DNA of 64,000 bases from Lingula anatina (taxonomy: Eukaryota > Animalia > Brachiopoda): assembly GCA_051362555.1 (NCBI GenBank), contig CM120642.1, positions 17,608,001 to 17,672,000 of the forward strand, written 5' to 3'. How positions within the stretch are numbered: position 1 is the stretch's first letter; every line of letters begins with the position of its first letter. Made by a program: the position numbers and the translations under genes. Positions 61,710 to 64,000 of this stretch are shown one piece after another. Below the pieces are notes generated by a model that saw only the letters and a program-made list of their open reading frames with translations, had not been told where the DNA came from and did no database searches.

Positions 61710-62480
61710 TAGTAGTATGACCACCATTTGCATGAATCACCGCAATACACCTTCTGCACATGCTCTGAAGAAAGAGGGGTAACTGTTGTTGATTGGGTAA
61801 TCTGGTCTCACTCTTCCACCAAAGCATCCTAGAGTTACCGAATCGTTATGCGAGCGTTCTGTCGAGCTCGAATGCGGTTCAATGTTCAATGGGATTGAGG
61901 TCTGGTGACCTTGCAGGTCATTCCATACGAGTAATACCTTACTGCTCCAAGTAAGCGTTCACAACATTGGCTCGATGGGGTAACATTATCCTTCATTAGG
62001 ATGAAGGTGTCCTTAACAGCGCATGCATAGGGACGGACTATAGGGAAAACTATCTCATTTCGATACATGAAACCAGTGAGAGTCCCATTACGGATCACGT
62101 AAACGTCAATAAGCCCATGCACTGAAATTTTACCCCATACCAGAACTGATGGTCCAACAAACTGATCATGCTCGAAGGTGTTTGGCTGACTGTTGTACTC
62201 CCCAGGTCGTCTTCACACCTCCTGCTTCGATCCAGAAAGTGTAAGCAAAACATGGACTCATGATGCCGGCGTGCTTGGAGGGTCAAGTAGCAGTCTTGCT
62301 GATGAGGTGTTGTCGGTCTCGGGCGACCGCCAACAGGACGCCGGTTCACCTGCCCATGCCTCCGGTACCTTGTCCAGGCTCTGGATATCACGCCTTAGTA
62401 TGTGCCGCGGGGAGTGGGTACATGACACTGCGTATTGTTACCCTGGAGTACCCCGATAGCCCGATTAGTTTTGCTGGTGG
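61710..62480 (-). mobile_element. Degraded Tc1-like transposase
   Basis: Frameshifted pieces: ISRAWTRYRRHG...GGRPRPTT (HTH-GRPR), GTLTGFMYRNEIV.PIVRPY...FILMKDN, and PARSPDLNPIEH. Confidence 0.8.
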
Positions 62481-62754
62481 TAAGTGATTTCTCTGTCTTC
62501 TTGGAGGCATTACAACATTGACAATTAAAAGCTCATCAGGAGAAAAAAGCTCACCCTTATTTGAGCTGAGGGACCAGCTTGGGTGTTTTTACTCGTGTGC
62601 ATTCTACCAAAACAACAACAACAACATCAATGACTAATACGTACAGGTATGGTACAGGTATGGTTGTGCAACTTTATGTCGGAGACCAAGAAAATATACA
62701 TAGGTAAAATTATCATTCCATAAGAATAAGATTTCTGGCAAATGTTGACTGGTG

Positions 62755-62860
62755 TAGTTAGGGTTAACCTGACCTCAGTGTGTCAATATTTAGGGCGAGG
62801 CTTACCTGTAGAAAGAAAGTGGGGGCGGACTCTTTATCATGGGGGACTCTGTCACGTTAT
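62755..62860 (+). repeat. Short dispersed repeat (also ~37920-38036 and ~58684-58750)
   Basis: Shared tagggc/tgaggctta...cctgta block; two copies continue with ggactct.tatcatgg.ggactct. Confidence 0.55.
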
Positions 62861-64000
62861 ATAAGTCGGTGAGACAGCATAGAATCAACTTATGACTGTT
62901 TACTAAATGCTTTTTTTATCTACAATGAAAATATCCTATCACCATGCATGAGTGTAAAATAAATCCAAAGAAAAACACACCGTGGCCCAGGTAAAAGATT
63001 TATGATTATGTAGTAATAGAAAAAACCTTTAGACATGGGCGTCTTTGGGAGTATTCACATCGAGAAGAACCGAGGTCTAGCAAGACCGGGACCTAAATAT
63101 GGTGGACCTACATGAAAGGAAGACCGCGTAATCCATTAATGGTCACTCAATGACAATGGTTTTGTTGAAGAAAGAACCAGAAAATCAAAAATTATGTGTG
63201 TAAAAATTGTGTGCTAACACCAAACTCGCGTCTCACAGCATGCATGTCATGTCTCTGTTATTTATCACGATATCTTAAAAATTCTGACGAACTAATCACA
63301 CAAAAAATACTGCAGAAGTAATAAGCTTGTTAGCCTGTACAGTATGTTATCTTATTATAATGTTTCAAGATGACAACTTCATGCGTTATATATGGTCAGC
63401 TATTCTATGATTGGCTATTGCTCATCTCTCTTAAATTGCATGGCTTTAACATATTTTTTCTTTTATTATCAACTTCCTTTTAATAAGGACGAATGACCTT
63501 GCCGGAAATCGTCACGCCCCCACCCTTATTCAACCTATTTCAGTTATACTTCCAAGACTTAATTCAATAAAGTATATATTTTAATATAAAAAACACAAAA
63601 CCGTCACTTTGTTTCTTAATAAAAAAAAAAACAAATGTGCATCTTGTTTATCCGATTCAAAATATAAACGAATATTCTGACACTTTTTGTTAAGAGTGGC
63701 GATCTTGCTCTACTACTCAAATGTACATTTCTTCTAAGGGTCTCTTACCTGTTAGTCAATGACACCTGCTGAAAAGCACAGTGATTTATCAGGTGTGCAT
63801 CTAATATCCACGAGGGAATAATTATCAAAACCCAGTGGTTTTGAAATACGGGCCGCTGGCTCAAACAGGCGTTGTCATGCATAGTTACAAATCCTGTTTA
63901 GGTATACAATTGCGCAAAAACTGTATGGCAGATGCATGCAAAATAGCAATATATCATTTTTGAAAGCAAAGTTTTCCCAACACCCTATCAAATTATGTCC

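Noticed and set aside
63745-63900. Candidate upstream exon of the pentraxin gene (strong ag|gtaag donor on the minus strand)
   Set aside because: The open frame ends in phase 2 while the pentraxin exon needs phase 1, and the peptide is unrecognisable. Left uncalled.

Overview
AT-rich, intron-containing eukaryotic (animal, probably invertebrate) genomic DNA; the species cannot be determined from the sequence. Gene models were built by hand from GT-AG boundaries and exon phases, because the ORF track splits or misses most genes. The window has three parts. (1) 1-35 kb: a duplicated and partly inverted cluster in which a secreted serpin sits head-to-head with a signal-peptide + EGF-repeat gene. 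It holds one intact serpin and two serpin relics, one intact 2-exon mini-EGF gene, EGF pseudogenes, and a ~1430-aa 9-exon secreted mosaic protein (C-type lectin, EGF with an internal RRKR site, Sushi, 23 EGF repeats in one exon, further EGFs). Intron 2 of the mosaic gene carries a very young full-length Bel/Pao LTR retrotransposon. (2) 35-58 kb: an interleaved array of two membrane-anchored SDR (RDH/BDH1-like) genes and five NAT8/camello-like GNAT acetyltransferases, two of them pseudogenes; a sixth GNAT lies at 11.3 kb. (3) 60-61 kb: the 3' exons of a pentraxin-domain gene. Tc1/mariner, LINE, Helentron-type and MITE relics are scattered throughout. No rRNA, tRNA or CRISPR array was seen.
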